Shown: positions 1 to 12,662 of the stretch, one piece after another
How the letters are laid out: each line of letters begins with the position of its first letter
Numbering within the stretch: position 1 is the stretch's first letter
Assembly: GCF_009834535.1 (NCBI RefSeq)
Contig: NC_045696.1
Location: 28,088,001 to 28,152,000 of the forward strand
Source of the DNA: Camelus ferus
Taxonomy: Eukaryota
Reading direction: 5' to 3'
DNA: 64,000 nt
The notes under the pieces: model-generated
The model's database searches: none
Seen by the model: the letters and a program-made list of their open reading frames with translations, nothing else
Told to the model about the DNA's origin: nothing
Position numbers and translations under genes: made by a program

Positions 1-1184
1 GTAATGTGTAAGTATACTGCATCCTAGTAATGTCTTCTTGACTGGGTTTTGATATCACAGCTGCCCTATCATCTTGGATCCTCTTGCCTGGGGATTTTCT
101 CATATTCCTCCTCAGTTTAATATATGGTTATTATGTGCACTAACCACCAGAGTCCCTATTTTGGAATAAACCCCTAAAGAACCTCATTCTTTAAATGTGC
201 ACAAGCAGTTTTGCCTCAGCTTTTGATGTAAATAAAAGCACGTTTGAATCTAGAAGCTATTTATAACTTGCTCATCATTTGAAAATTTAGAATGATTATA
301 TTAGTTAAATGATATTTTAAAGTCTATTTATTGAAACAGATTTTCATATTTGTGATTAATTATATTCTAACAATTTAATTAATAATTACATATGGCTTAT
401 TAGTAGCAGTTGGTTTGGATAAAATAAAGGCCTCTATCAAACATGTACATTCTTCTTTTAAATCAAAACAATGATCACAAGGAAATAAACCTGAAAGTAT
501 GAACATTTATTATAGTTGGTTGAACTCCTGCAAGTTATGTTAACAGGCAGATATTTTTCAAATTCTGTAATGTTCAGTATGTATCCCAAACAAATTTTTG
601 TTATCTAAGGACTATTCTGTGAACTTACGTGGTAAGTGGCTAATAAAGTGACATGATTTTAAAGTAGGACCCACAAATCAGAAGTGGCAACTGCATTATT
701 TGATATGTACACATATCACGATACTTTGAAGTTTGATCTTCAAGAATCTTCTCTAAAAATGGAAGTACTGGAAGGTAAAAATACAAGCTTAATAGCAAAC
801 GTGATGAACCCTTATTTAAAATCACACCTTTTGACATATTAACAATAGGACAATTGATTTTAGTGAGGAATGGGATGTAATTGTGTTTAGATTCTGTATC
901 ACAATATAGTGAACTCAAAAACCACAACCACAACCTCTATGAATATAGAAAGACTTCTCATCAATGTGTATATATACTGCCTATTATCAAAGCATTAAGA
1001 ATGAATATCCGTATAGTTGAATTAAAGAAACTAAAATGATATGAGAAAAAAGAAAAAAAAAGTTGCAATATTCACTTCTATTATGAAATATTAAGCTAAA
1101 ATATGAGATTACAGAATTATTCAGTGTAATAGAAATGCTTTAGAATGTAATTCACTTGGAAGTAGTAAGTGTATGGAAGTAATA

Positions 1185-1380
1185 CAGTGCAGTCTTTTAG
1201 AAGGATAGATGGTCAAACCAAAAGGTTTGGGTATGAATCTCAGCTGCACAACTCAGATGTTCTTTTACCCTGGACAAAAAATTTAAGTTCACTTAGTCTC
1301 ATCTTTCTCAAACATAAAATGTGAAGTAATAATAATATCCACAACACTAGATGAGATAATATACATGGAGTGCTTATAAG
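1185..1380 (+). mobile_element. MIR SINE fragment
   Basis: Degenerate MIR core 'gggtatgaatctcagctgc...ccctggacaaaaaatttaagttcacttagtctcatctttctcaaacataaaatgtgaagtaataata...gatgagataatatacatggagtgctta'. Confidence 0.65.
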
Positions 1381-1567
1381 TCTGTCTGCTCCATCACTTG
1401 ATCTCTGTTAACATCACCATGCCCTCCAACTTCAAATAGCATCCAATGAAGTTTCCCAGCGATGATGAGAGCAAACGTGGATTTGTATTTACGTGTTGCT
1501 TCACATTTGAATAGTGTCTGTTTTAGATTTAACTTGCAAGACATTAGTAGTTTTGATTTACTTTAAT

Positions 1568-1692
1568 GAACTTTATTAAGATGAAATTTATGCATGGTAA
1601 AATGAACTGATTTAATGTATAAGGTTCAAATTTGACAAGCCTACAGACCTGCATAACTTCCAACCCAATCAAGATGGAGACATTTTCTACAA
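1568..1692 (-). mobile_element. Ancient L1 (L1MB/MC/ME-like) 3' end fragment
   Basis: 'tttattaagatgaaatttatgcatggtaaaatgaactgatttaatgtataaggttcaaatttgacaag...acccaatcaagatggagacatttt' resembles an antisense old L1M 3' terminus. Confidence 0.55.
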
Positions 1693-3478
1693 GTGCCGTG
1701 GTGTTGAAAGGTAATATGTGATAAGTATATGCTGTGCATGTGTACATGACACTAATGCATATTTTTAAACAGTAATAAATGTAATGATAGACTGGTATAT
1801 CCCCTGTTTTGAGGAGCATGATTGCTTCAGAGCGAGTTTTCAAAAATATATTTTGGGATAATCATGTTTCACTGATTAAAAATGCAATTTCTTAGAAAGT
1901 GAAAATGTTCCATAAGAAATTAATTTTAGTAAACACGTGGTTCAACAAAGTAAAAACATTTCTTTAGGTACACATTTTGGATAACTTAAGAGAACACAGA
2001 TGTTTCCTAAACTTATCAGTACATCATGTTGACTATTTTTCAGCTTCTTCTGAAACTCTTCATCATAGGTAGCCTCCTCCTCCTCCCCCTTCCTCTCCCT
2101 CTTCTCTTCCTCCATATTCTTTCTTTTACATTTAGAAAAACTAAAATTATTTACTGACACTTTTCTTATTATTAATCAAAATTTATTTTCTAAGTTACAC
2201 CTCTTGTTCTAGAGAAAGAACATATTTTTAGAGACTTGTCTTCTCAGTCTTTTCATCTTATTCAGCTTAATTTTTAACTGATTATCATCCCATGGGCCAT
2301 AAGTTAGGAATGTTGGACATTTTTCACAACACAACAAAATCAACAACTGTTGATTATTCCTGCCCTAATCTTAGACAAAAGAAACAACAGTGGCTAGTGA
2401 AGTAATAGTTATTCCTAAAAACAGTCTGTCCTTGTGAATCAATGACTAGAGATGGCCAGCCTCATTTTGGATTTTGCATATAGCAGATGAATTAGTCAGC
2501 AACCCACATATGGAGTAAAGAGATATTCTCCTTCTTGACAAATTGGATAGACTAAAGCTTGGTCTAACTCAATAAAAATCTGCAATCAGATTTTATAAAA
2601 AAGCTATAAATAAACAAATAATAAATACTTTAAACAGTTAATCTATGGAAGCAGTGGAGACTCAAATAGATATGAAACAAATCTACTTTCTTCATATTAG
2701 AGTTGTAGATAATTTATTACATGAGTGACAAAGATTAAAAGGATTAAACTGGCCATGGAGGAAGTCGTCTGAAGATGGGCAGGGGATAGGGCTGGTCTAG
2801 GCTTTAAAGGGTGTACTGAAATTATACAACTGCAGAAAGTGATAAAAGATGGTCAGTAAGGGGACACGCTCAGTGTGTAGGTAAGTGCAGCTACAATGGA
2901 AGGTGTGTGTAAAAAGCTGAAAATAAATAATACATATATACAGCACTTTGAAGTTTACTTTTTTATTAGCCCATCAGACTTAATATTAGGAAAATAAATC
3001 ATAAATTATTACCTCCCATATTAGAATATAAGTTAAGAATCTTTATGAGATTTGTCTGCATGACTGCATATAGTTAGCAAATAAGTGAGCTGGAATCAAC
3101 TGTACTATTTTTCTTATTTTATAAAATCAAAATGTCAAAGAACTGAATGCAAGACTAATTCAAAGGCACTTTCTTACCCGTAGTGTGATGGCATAAGGGA
3201 CAATATAGCTTGGTAACAATTATATAACTTGGAAATGAAAGTTAATCAATACGAAAGAAACCATGTACAGGCTTACTAGTATGCATAGTTAATAGGACAT
3301 TACATGGAAGTCTGTTCGGTGGACAAAAAATAGAATAAACATTAACACATTGCAAAGGAAAAGCAAAAGGATTTGATAGTGCACAGAACACTCGAGTTAG
3401 AAAAATTAAGAAAAATAAAGAAATGTACGATGCTGTTCCCAAAATTTCAGCCTAGAAAATAAAAAAAAGCTTAATAAG

Positions 3479-3480
<2 letters not shown>

Positions 3481-3534
<54 letters not shown>
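3481..3534. repeat. Compound microsatellite (GT)14(GA)13
   Basis: Read directly from the sequence. Confidence 0.98.
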
Positions 3535-4677
3535 TGTCTTTATAAATGACTGGCCAATCTACTCTTACTCTGGAGTTCTCTAGAATAAAAATATGTATAT
3601 AAGACTGCAGTTAACTCTACTAAGAATTTATTATCACTCCTGTTTAGCTGGGATGCATTTAATCTGAAATAAGAAGTTAGAGGTATATAATATTTTCTAA
3701 AAATGTAGATTTAATGCTTTCAAATAGACAAGGCAAACTGGACAAATTACTACCAAATTCTTGTTACGTTTTCACACCTCCTATAAAGAATGTCTTATCT
3801 GAAAATAGCATAGTACATATAAATGTACTAATGTCTTACAAGTTAAACCTAAAGTACTTAGGGCATATATATATGTACATATTATAATTAATCTATATTA
3901 CATTTGATTTCTCATATACTTAGGGAACCCTAAGGAGGCAAATATTATACACCTAGTCAAATGTTTAAATTATGCTAAACCCCAAATATTAATATCCTAG
4001 ACTTATTAACATCATCATAACTAACTTTCTGACTTCATTTATACACATGGATTTTGTAAAGGGAAAAAATAGGAAAGAAAAGAAACTAAGAACAAAAGAC
4101 TCTGGCAAACAAGTCTGAAATCAATACTGAGAATAAAACACATGAATAGAAAGTACAGAGGTGAAGACAAGATAAGACAAACCTGGAAAACCGGGTAGAG
4201 AGTTAATCAGGAGTAGCAGGAATAAGAAAATCAGCAAGGTTCTCGCTGGTTTGTCACCCAGTTTCTTAAAGATCCTGGATACGTAGGCACAGCTACATTA
4301 TTACTCACACTTCAATTTTATTTGAGTGGATCGTGGACTCTATGTCCAATTAAGCCTCCATTCATTGCACAAAATATTAATTAATTCTTATCACATTTCC
4401 AGGAAACATAATGTTTTAAATGTATTGCGAGGAAACAAAGGGTATGAGGATAAAGCTCAGGCTGTACATGAAGAATGAGATACTTATTCTATATCTAAAA
4501 TGTACTAAAATAGCTTACGAAGTCAGGATAAAGACGCAAAGAAACGAATTTTTAATCTATTAGTCCCATGTAGACATATATATTACTATCAGTTAATAGT
4601 CAGAGAGACGATAATGCAATCTGAGACATACATCCTTTTAGAATTCTTAAGTCTTCAACCTACAAATTCAGAAAAAC

Positions 4678-5001
4678 TTCCATAGACTGAATGTTTCTGC
4701 TCAAAATTCATATGTTGAAACCAAATCCCCAACATGGAACTAGGATGTGGGGCCTTTGGGGGGTAATTAGGTCATGAGGGTGGAGCCCTCATGGGTGAGA
4801 TTAGTGTCCTGATAAAAGAGACCCTTGAGTCGCAGTGAGGGGGTAGCTGTCTGTGAACCAGGACGTGGGCCCTCACTGTACACCAAATCGGCTTTGATTT
4901 TGGACTTCTCAGCCTCTAGGTCTGTAAGAAATAAATTTCTGTTGTTTACCGGCCACCCACTCTAAGGTATTTTATTACAGCAGCCTGAACAGGCTAATAC
5001 A
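4678..5001 (+). mobile_element. MaLR solo LTR, MLT1A-like
   Basis: Start 'catagactgaatgttt...caaaattcatatgttgaaacc', internal 'gggtaattaggtcatgagggtggagccctcatg', 'ttggacttctcagcctct...gtaagaaataaatttctgttgttta', end 'cagcagcctgaacaggctaataca'. Confidence 0.9.
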
Positions 5002-5146
5002 GGAAGCATTTTGGCATACAGAGCTAATGTAAATGTAACAGATCTATTACACTTCTGAAGACTTCCAAAATTTTGAACTTTGGTTTTGTACATTTTACTG
5101 AGTAGAATGTTTGAAGACATAGAAATGGAATGGATTATTAATATTT

Positions 5147-5281
5147 GTTTGTTTGTTTGTTGGGAGGGAGGTAATTAGGTTTATTTATTTCTTTATTTTT
5201 GGAGAAGGTACTGGGGATTGAATTCAGGACCTCATGCATGCTAAGCATATGCTCTACCACTTGAGCTATACCCTCCCCCCT
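5147..5281 (-). mobile_element. tRNA(Ala)-derived SINE, camelid Vic-1-like, with 16-bp TSD
   Basis: Minus strand reads gggggagggtatagctcaagtggtagagcatatgcttagcatgcatgaggtcctgaattcaatccccagtacc (A box, AGC anticodon loop, B-box-like), then an A-rich/(CAAA)n tail. Perfect TSD tggattattaatattt at 5131-5146 and 5282-5297. Confidence 0.93.
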
Positions 5282-7179
5282 TGGATTATTAATATTTCTT
5301 AAAAGAAAAACATTGAAAGAAATAATACTAACTAGCATAAAAAGTGAACTTCATCATCTCCCCTACCCACTTTGTGTGCTAAAGATGTTACTATGCTATA
5401 ATTTTAGGAGAATCAGCACAAAGAAAGGGCGAATAATTGTTTTATTGCTACAAAATGAGAATCAGAAGCATCAAATAGTTCTTAAAACACTGCACATGGG
5501 GTATTCAAATTACTGATTGACATCATCAAGTAAAGTACTCTGAGTAGCCTGAAGACAGTCAAATTCATGGTCACTGAAAGTTCTACTCAATGTTTAGTCT
5601 CCTTTCAGCATGCTGAAGCTGACACTTCATCGGTGGCTTAGCTATGCTAGTGTGACTTTTGGGTTAGATATTTTACTATCGCGCATTACAAGAATTCATA
5701 TATGCATTTCAAGATTAAAATATAAAATCAATAATAAGGACAGTGAGATGGTTGTCAACCACTGGCTAGACAATGTTATCATAATGATGGAAATGCAGTT
5801 ATATATAAAAATAAACATAATGTGCTATCCACAGGGTATGATGAAGATAAACACCAGTTTCTCTACTGTAGCTACCATAATCATTAAAGAATCAATGGCA
5901 AATTAAACTGCACAAATCCTTAGGGGAAGAGGCAGAAAAAAAGCACAGCAGTAAATGCAGAAAGGTTCAAATCAATTTCTCACCCTAAACATAGTGAAGT
6001 TCATTAGTATTGCCAACATAGAGGCAAAGGTAAAGACAGCAAAAAGGAGATTTTATCTTCTTTTCACTTTAATTATAGGATTGCCTCAGGCAACTTAAGT
6101 TTTCTAACTTGTTTAAAAAAAAAGATTGTGTTCTTCTATTAGTGGAATTGTACTACGAATAAATAAATTTAAAAGATTGTTTAATGTAAAGAAATTCTAG
6201 ATGTAAAGATACAAAACGTAAAGGTTTAATATGAAGACGATGCTACCGGGTTTTTGTTTTTTTGTTTTTTTGTTTTTTTGTAGCTAAAATGAAAACTGTC
6301 TGCATCAGGCACTCTTTTCAAAATGAATGTTCAAATTCACAAAGATGATTCCTTAAAAGTATACTCATGTACACAGAGACAAAAGGAAAGCAATTTTCAA
6401 ACAAAAGCAATTTTCAAAATGCTGTGCTCACATTGGCTCAGTCAGATGAATCCTGTGCCCATTTGACCTTCAATCATATTTTTCATTTCATCATTCTGAT
6501 GAAAATGAGTGGGGCACACGACGTTTGGTCATTCTAGCTGAAAGTGAATACAGTTGCAGACATTCTTCTGGGAAGTATCATCTTTCAAGTAACGTACATG
6601 GTAATAAACATCAATAGCCTCACTATTCTAGAGTAAGTGTTGCCTTTGATAAGTTAGATTCATCGCAGCACTGGTAACAGAAATAGAGGAAATTGTCTGG
6701 GCGTTGGTTTGGTCAAAGAAAAGTTACAGATGAAGCTGGTCTGACTTGACACTTAAGTAGAGAGGGCAGAGAATGAGAGAGCATAAGAATGAAAGAAAAT
6801 GAGAGAAACCCAACAGTTGGTTTAGCACACAAGCACGCTGAGCTGGCAATTCCTGGAATTAACAACAAACCAACTGTACAGCAAGTGAGGTTAGTTCTCT
6901 TCTGAACATCCTCAGCTTTCAAAGAGTGTTGTTGTGATAATTCTGTTTAATCTCATTGAAAAGGAATGTCTGGTGACTTTTTTTAAATTTTTTACTTTAG
7001 AGACCAAGACTTTCATTAAAGCCAGCGACACTGCAATTTAAAATATCCGATGAGATTTTTAAAAAAGTATATTTAATGAAATATGATCTCACTATTACTT
7101 TCTCTGAAAACAATACAAAACAAGAATACACCCAAAAGTATCCTAAAATGACTATATTCACACACCTTATTTTAATCTT

Positions 7180-7780
7180 TTAATAATATTTGAGAACCTA
7201 TGATATGTCATCCTGAGATTCAAACATAAATAGGACATAGTCCTTGCCCAGGGAGAGTTTATAATTTGCAGAAGGAAGCAGACCCAGATAGATTAAATAC
7301 ATCGTGGTAATTTCTATAACAGAGCTTAAATAGTGTGTTTGTTCTATGAGATCAAAGAGGGAACAAGGCAATCAGGTTTCTGGTAAATTGGAAAATGTTC
7401 ACCACAGATATAAACATTTCAGAGGGATCTTGAAGGGATAACAGTTGTTGATCAAGCCAAAAGAGTTTAGGACTGGAGAAGAATGGAATTCTAAACAGAA
7501 GTACAAACTGTGCAAAAGCATGCAGGAAAGAGTCTATTTGTTTAAAGAACAGTAAATGATTTTGTTTGGATGGCATTTCAGATGACATACATGTGTGAAG
7601 CTGTGACTGGAGAGGAAGCTGAAAAAATAGAATTAGGCTGAAATGCAAAAGGCTTTGTGTGCAAAAAAAAATGTTTAATCAGAAGAATGAATTAAACAAA
7701 TGTGGTTTCTAGGATAAAACTCTGTGAATCATAGACATGAAGGTGGGAAAATCTGGAGACCCACCACGAGGCTGCACGGG
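7180..7780 (-). mobile_element. L2 LINE fragment
   Basis: Antisense L2 motifs 'aatatttgagaacctatgatatgtc', 'gacatagtccttgccc', 'gatcttgaagg', 'ggaattctaaacagaagtacaaactgtgcaaaagcatg'. Confidence 0.7.
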
Positions 7781-7794
7781 TCACTACTGTAATA

Positions 7795-7870
7795 GTCTAC
7801 AGTTCCAGCATTATGCCTGCCGTGTAGCAAACACTAAATATTTGTTGAATTAAGGGATGGCTGAACGAAC
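7795..7870 (+). mobile_element. L2 3' terminus fragment
   Basis: 'cagttccagcattatgcctgccgtgtagcaaacactaaatatttgttgaat' resembles the L2 3' end. Confidence 0.65.
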
Positions 7871-7940
7871 ACAATAATATGAACACAGTGATAGGCATCT
7901 GAACTAATGTACTTGCAGAAAACACAGAAGTACGCACACA

Positions 7941-8142
7941 TGAATTACTATATATAAAATAGATTAAAAAAGCAAATTTCTCCTGTATAACACAGGAAAC
8001 GATATTCAAAATCTTGCAGTAAACCTATAACAAAAAAGAATATGAAAACAAATACATGTACGTATATGTATGACTGAAAATTATGCTGTACACCAGAAAT
8101 TGACACAATATTGTAAACTGATATACTTCAGTTAAAAAAAAA
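7941..8142 (+). mobile_element. 5'-truncated lineage-specific L1 3' end with poly(A) and TSD
   Basis: 'tatgactgaaaattatgctgtacaccagaaattgacacaatattgtaaactgatatacttca' + A-tract. TSD aagtacgcacaca (7928-7940) / aagtacacacaca (8143-8155). Confidence 0.9.
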
Positions 8143-9601
8143 AAGTACACACACACAAGTTGTAACATTCAAAAAGTCCATGTCTATGAAAATGGCCATT
8201 ATGTTAGGCAAGAAATCATGGTGGTTAAGACAGAGAATGTTTACAGAAACCAGTATTACTCACCAAAATTAACCACAGCAAACCAATCTCAGTTTTCATT
8301 GTTATTTGCTTTTATTTTCTAAACAAATTGATTTTAAACGCACTGCCTTGAATGTGAATGGGGACCTAAAATTGGTTCAGTTCTACTGGGAGATGAGTCA
8401 CAGCATCATTTTTAAATGGATGTGACATTTAAATTAAAATCTACTACTTCGGGTTTGATTTTTTTTAGTGCCTAAATGATTATGTTTTTTACAGCTATTC
8501 ATATTAAAGCTCAATATTAATTTCCAAGCTGTGAGTACATTGCACATTAATACTTAAATGAGCTGCAAATTTTCAGATTGCTTTAGAGCAAATTGCTCTA
8601 AATTTGCTCTAAGAAATATCATTATCTGAAATGCACATACAGCCTATTCAATCTCAGCAATTGCTTTCACTTGTGTTAGATTCGTTTATGAAGATATCAC
8701 AGCAGAGAGGGAACAGAAAAAGCAAACATTAAATTTCAGACAGAATATTAGCAATATTTTAGTAAGAAATGTATCAATGAAGTTACAGAGGAGCAGGCCA
8801 AAAGTAATTTTAATATGTCAGCATTTGCAAAGACTCATAACAAAAAGGTTCACACACAAAAGGCTGTGCGCAAAACATGGGGCAAAAAGTCTGCTGTGAC
8901 CAGCAATTGTGTTGCATGCATTCTAGAAGCTAAGGGTTTTTGAAAGGCATTTAGCTTTAAACTACTCAGTGTTCCTTTGAAACGTCCTCAGCAGGACCAG
9001 AAATGGAGGATTCAATTTTCAAAGATAATTGTGGCAGATAACTGTCTCATGCCTTTTCAGCAAGAATCTGATAAAACACCTAATTACTAACCAAATGATG
9101 TTTGAGCTACAGAGCTTGGCTGATGCGAAGGCTACCTAGAAAGACCTGGTCATTCCTTCTACCCAGAGGGGAATGCAGTTGGATTGTAAATTAATTTCAT
9201 TTATTTGACTAATGAAATCTTATGAACGATCCTAAAGAAGTAATTTATGATTTTAACAATAGAGCAGACATTTCATCATAAAATCAATGAAAGCCACAAA
9301 AATAACTTCTCACCACAGCACATCTAAAACAACCAACCGAAAATAAAAACAGGTTCAGTTGGAGGTTCAGGCAGTTTAATCTTCTTTGTGTGACTATAAT
9401 GATGCTATCTATTATCCTGGAAAAAGCAAAATTTTAACATTTTGGGATGTTAGAATTTGGCTCAACTCTTCTAATAAAGATATTAGTCATAAGTGCAGGA
9501 CCCTTTATCTTCAAGTGCACATGTATGCACACTTAGCTGAACTCCTGACTACTTCTGTGTGTGATTCTCTATCATATCCTTGGCCTTTACTTGCTATGTC
9601 A

Positions 9602-10133
9602 TGTTGTCATATATAATCTAAGGCCTAAAATTAAGACCCAATATTGTGTGCTGCCTTGACATCTGGTGAAATTGGGATGGCCTCAAGTGGCCGGACTGCA
9701 GTTTCCCTCCCCACTTTACTCCTGTGAATAAGGTCCTCTAAGCAAACACCTTCCTTACCGAGGGGACCAGTCACAGTTCCTGCTTATCTCTGAGGGCCAG
9801 GTTTCGTTACCCAGCCAGCTTACGGAATTATTCATACAAGCCAATCACCCTCCTGGGAGAAAGGGCATCTCACCCTCTTGATACCACGAAGCTAGCCTCC
9901 CACAGACTCTGGTCCTTCACTCCATCCTCCACTCCGTTCCAGAGTGCAACCCCCATGTGACGCTGCATGGCATGTGGTGTCTTCTTCTGCTGGGCTGTGA
10001 GTGTGAGTGATGAATTACTGTTGCTCTCATCTGTCTAGTGTTTGACGCCATGTGTTCAACCATCCCTAAATCTCTATGGTGAGAGCCTCTTACTCACCAA
10101 AGGGGTGAATATGAGGTGACCATCCTAGGACCA
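9602..10133 (+). mobile_element. Solo ERV LTR (probably ERVL class, MER54/MER73/MER74-like; subfamily uncertain)
   Basis: GC-richer ~530-bp island starting TG. 'aggcctaaaattaagacccaatattgtgtgctgccttgacatctggtgaaa', CCAAT box 'aagccaatcac' and an LTR-type R/U5 segment. Confidence 0.7.
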
Positions 10134-12150
10134 CTCAGGTCCTTATTCTTCTTTAAGTAAATATGTCATTTGATTAGTATATTGCCAGGGTGACTGCCAA
10201 ATTGTGGCAATCTAGATAGGCAAAGAAAATGACCAGAGGCTTCCCTATGTCAATGAAACATACACTGACATGTATTGAATGCTTTCCCCAGTTCCCTTAG
10301 ATAGTTCCTACTGGCCTAGTGACTACTTGTGTAAAATGACAGAGGATAAGGTTAAAAGAGGAACATATTAACACAAAACAAAAACAACGCACTCCATTAC
10401 CAAAGGATGATCAGAAAAGGGATTCGTCTACTGAAGAATGAAAGCTCACTGAATTTCAGCAAGTTATACACAACAGGTTAAAGAAAATTTTCATTTTAAA
10501 GATAAAAAGATGACTATTTGGCAGCTGCAATAGTGTTTCTTTTGATTGCTTTTACATTTTGCCACATTTTGTCTCTATTTGCCATTAATTCAATATTTTT
10601 GGTCCTGCAGGTACCTTTATTTTAGGACTTGAGATCAGAGAAAAAGAAAACCTGATTAGTGCAGAGGTGGAAAAAAAAAATCAGAACAAAAAATAGCTAC
10701 AGGAAGTAGAAGGAAAGCACATATCATACGTTTTCCAGTTAAAATTGGGATATGATAATTACTTGAAGGTAATTATTACACGCCTCCACATCTGTACACT
10801 GAGCTAAAGCATTTGAAAGGTTTCTTATCTCTCCAAATAGTGAAATATTACAAAGCAATCAAGGGTAAAATAGTGAGTTTTAGCAATAGCAAGATCATAG
10901 AAATAGTAGGTATTTAGTTAAATGTTTTTCTATTTTAGTCACTTTTAAATCCAGGAAGTGGTTTGAGCTTCAAGGTATAAAGAGTAATTTTTTTTTTTTT
11001 TTTGCAAAATAAACACACAGTTAAATAGAATTTGCAAAATTAAATTTCAAGTCCATGATTCTCTCCTGATAATTAGATCAAAGATTAATATTTATGCTGA
11101 GATGATTCCCCGCTCCCCAGTACCAGATAGAGTTCATTACTTTCTACCTACTTTATCTTTTGTGCAGTAAAATAACCCCTGAAAAATCATTATTTAGCCT
11201 TCTTATTTTATGGTCATTTTCTACAAAATGCTATCCCAACACAAATACCTATTTTTCTATTTTGTTCAAGCCAATACTGTCATCTCTTTTCTGTCTTTTC
11301 CTCTTGAGTCAATTATTTCCAGCAGCGTTCAGACATACTCTGCTACCTCACAACTGCAAACACAATACAAATAAAAAATAACAGTCAAAAGTATTTGTTG
11401 CTTTCTCTGTCTTATCTCACTTTGCATAATGTCCTCAAGGTCTATCCATGTTGTAGAAAATGGCAGAATTTCCTTCTTTTTCTCATGGCTAAATATTTCA
11501 TATATATATATATATATATACTTATATATATATATGAGATAGGTATATATCTATCTATATATATAAATAGAGAGAGAGATCACATTTTCTTTACCCATTC
11601 ATCGGTTGACGAGCATTTAGGTCACTTACGTATCTTGGCTGTTGTAATAATGCTGCAGTAAACGTGGGATACATATATCTCTTTAACATCCTGTTTTCAT
11701 TTCCTTTGTGTATATACTCAGAAGTGGAACTGCTGGATCATATGGTCGACCATTTTTTAATATTTTGAGGAGCCCTCATGTTGTTTTCCATAGTGGACGA
11801 GCCAATTTTCATTCCTACCATCAGTTTATAACGGTTCCCTTTTACCTACATCCTTGCCCACAGTTACCTATTGTCTTCTTGATGACAGCCATTCTAACAG
11901 GTGTAAAGTGATATCTCATTGTAGTTTTTGATTAGGATTTAGTCAGCGATTAGCAATGTTGAGCATCTTTTCATGTATCTGTATGGATGTCTTCTTGGGA
12001 AAAATATTCTGCTGCCCATTTTTAATCATATATGTTGTTGTTGCTATTCAGTTGTTGAGTTCCTTATTTATTTGGATATTAACCCCCCTTACCTAATATA
12101 TGGATTGCAAAATTTTTCTCCCATTCTGTAGACTGCCTTTTCATTTTTTT

Positions 12151-12450
12151 CCAACATATTAATTAAGCGGACACATGATTCGGTCCATTAACAGATAGTG
12201 GTAATTGCTACAAAAATTAGAGTAAAGGAATGGAAAATAATGGAGTGCTATTTAGATAGTACAGCCACAAAAAAAAAAAAAAAAAACTGAGGCAGTGATG
12301 TTGTGTAGAATCCTAAATGATGTAAGCCAGTAATGAGAAGTCTGGGGAAGCACATTTCAATCAGAAAGAACAAAAATTGCAATGGCTCTGAAGAAGCTTG
12401 ATTTTTTTGAAGAGCATCAAGAAGGCCAAGATGGCTCAAGCAAAGTAAGT
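12151..12450 (-). mobile_element. L2 fragment inside the inserted segment
   Basis: 'gtctggggaagcacatttcaatcagaaagaacaaaaattgcaatggctctgaag...ttgaagagcatcaagaaggccaagatggct' is typical antisense L2. Confidence 0.7.
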
Positions 12451-12471
12451 TTTATCAGTAAAATCTAAATA

Positions 12472-12662
12472 TAGTTGACCCTTAAACCTGGGGGTTTCGG
12501 GACACTGACCCTCTGTGCAGTTGAAAATCCAAGTATAACTTACAGCAGACCCTCTGTAAACACAAATTCAACCAACTATGGATCAAGTATTACTGTAGTA
12601 TTTACTATTGAGAAAATTCGTGTATAAGTGGACCTGAGCAGTTCAAACCCATGTTTTCCAAG
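12472..12662 (+). mobile_element. Tigger2a/MER8-like non-autonomous TcMar DNA transposon, right TIR truncated
   Basis: Begins 'tagttgacccttaaac...gcagttgaaaatccaagtataact' and ends 'tgtataagtggacctgagcagttcaaacccatgttttccaag', without the expected terminal ggtcaactg. Confidence 0.85.

Noticed and set aside
663..842. Open frame with a possible donor GAAG|GTAAAA near 775
   Set aside because: No convincing acceptor and the peptide is unrecognised.
1942..2160. ORF with acidic/basic run (EEEKRERKGEEEE)
   Set aside because: Produced by a low-complexity CT-rich tract at ~2073-2130.
5200..5281. tRNA-Ala gene (also 57258-57336)
   Set aside because: SINE body, A-rich tail and TSDs follow the tRNA-like head, and the stems are degenerate: a SINE, not a tRNA.
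6387..6418. Short tandem duplication aaagcaattttcaaa (similar case aataatatccact x2 at 28670-28695)
   Set aside because: Ordinary slippage duplications with no sign of function.
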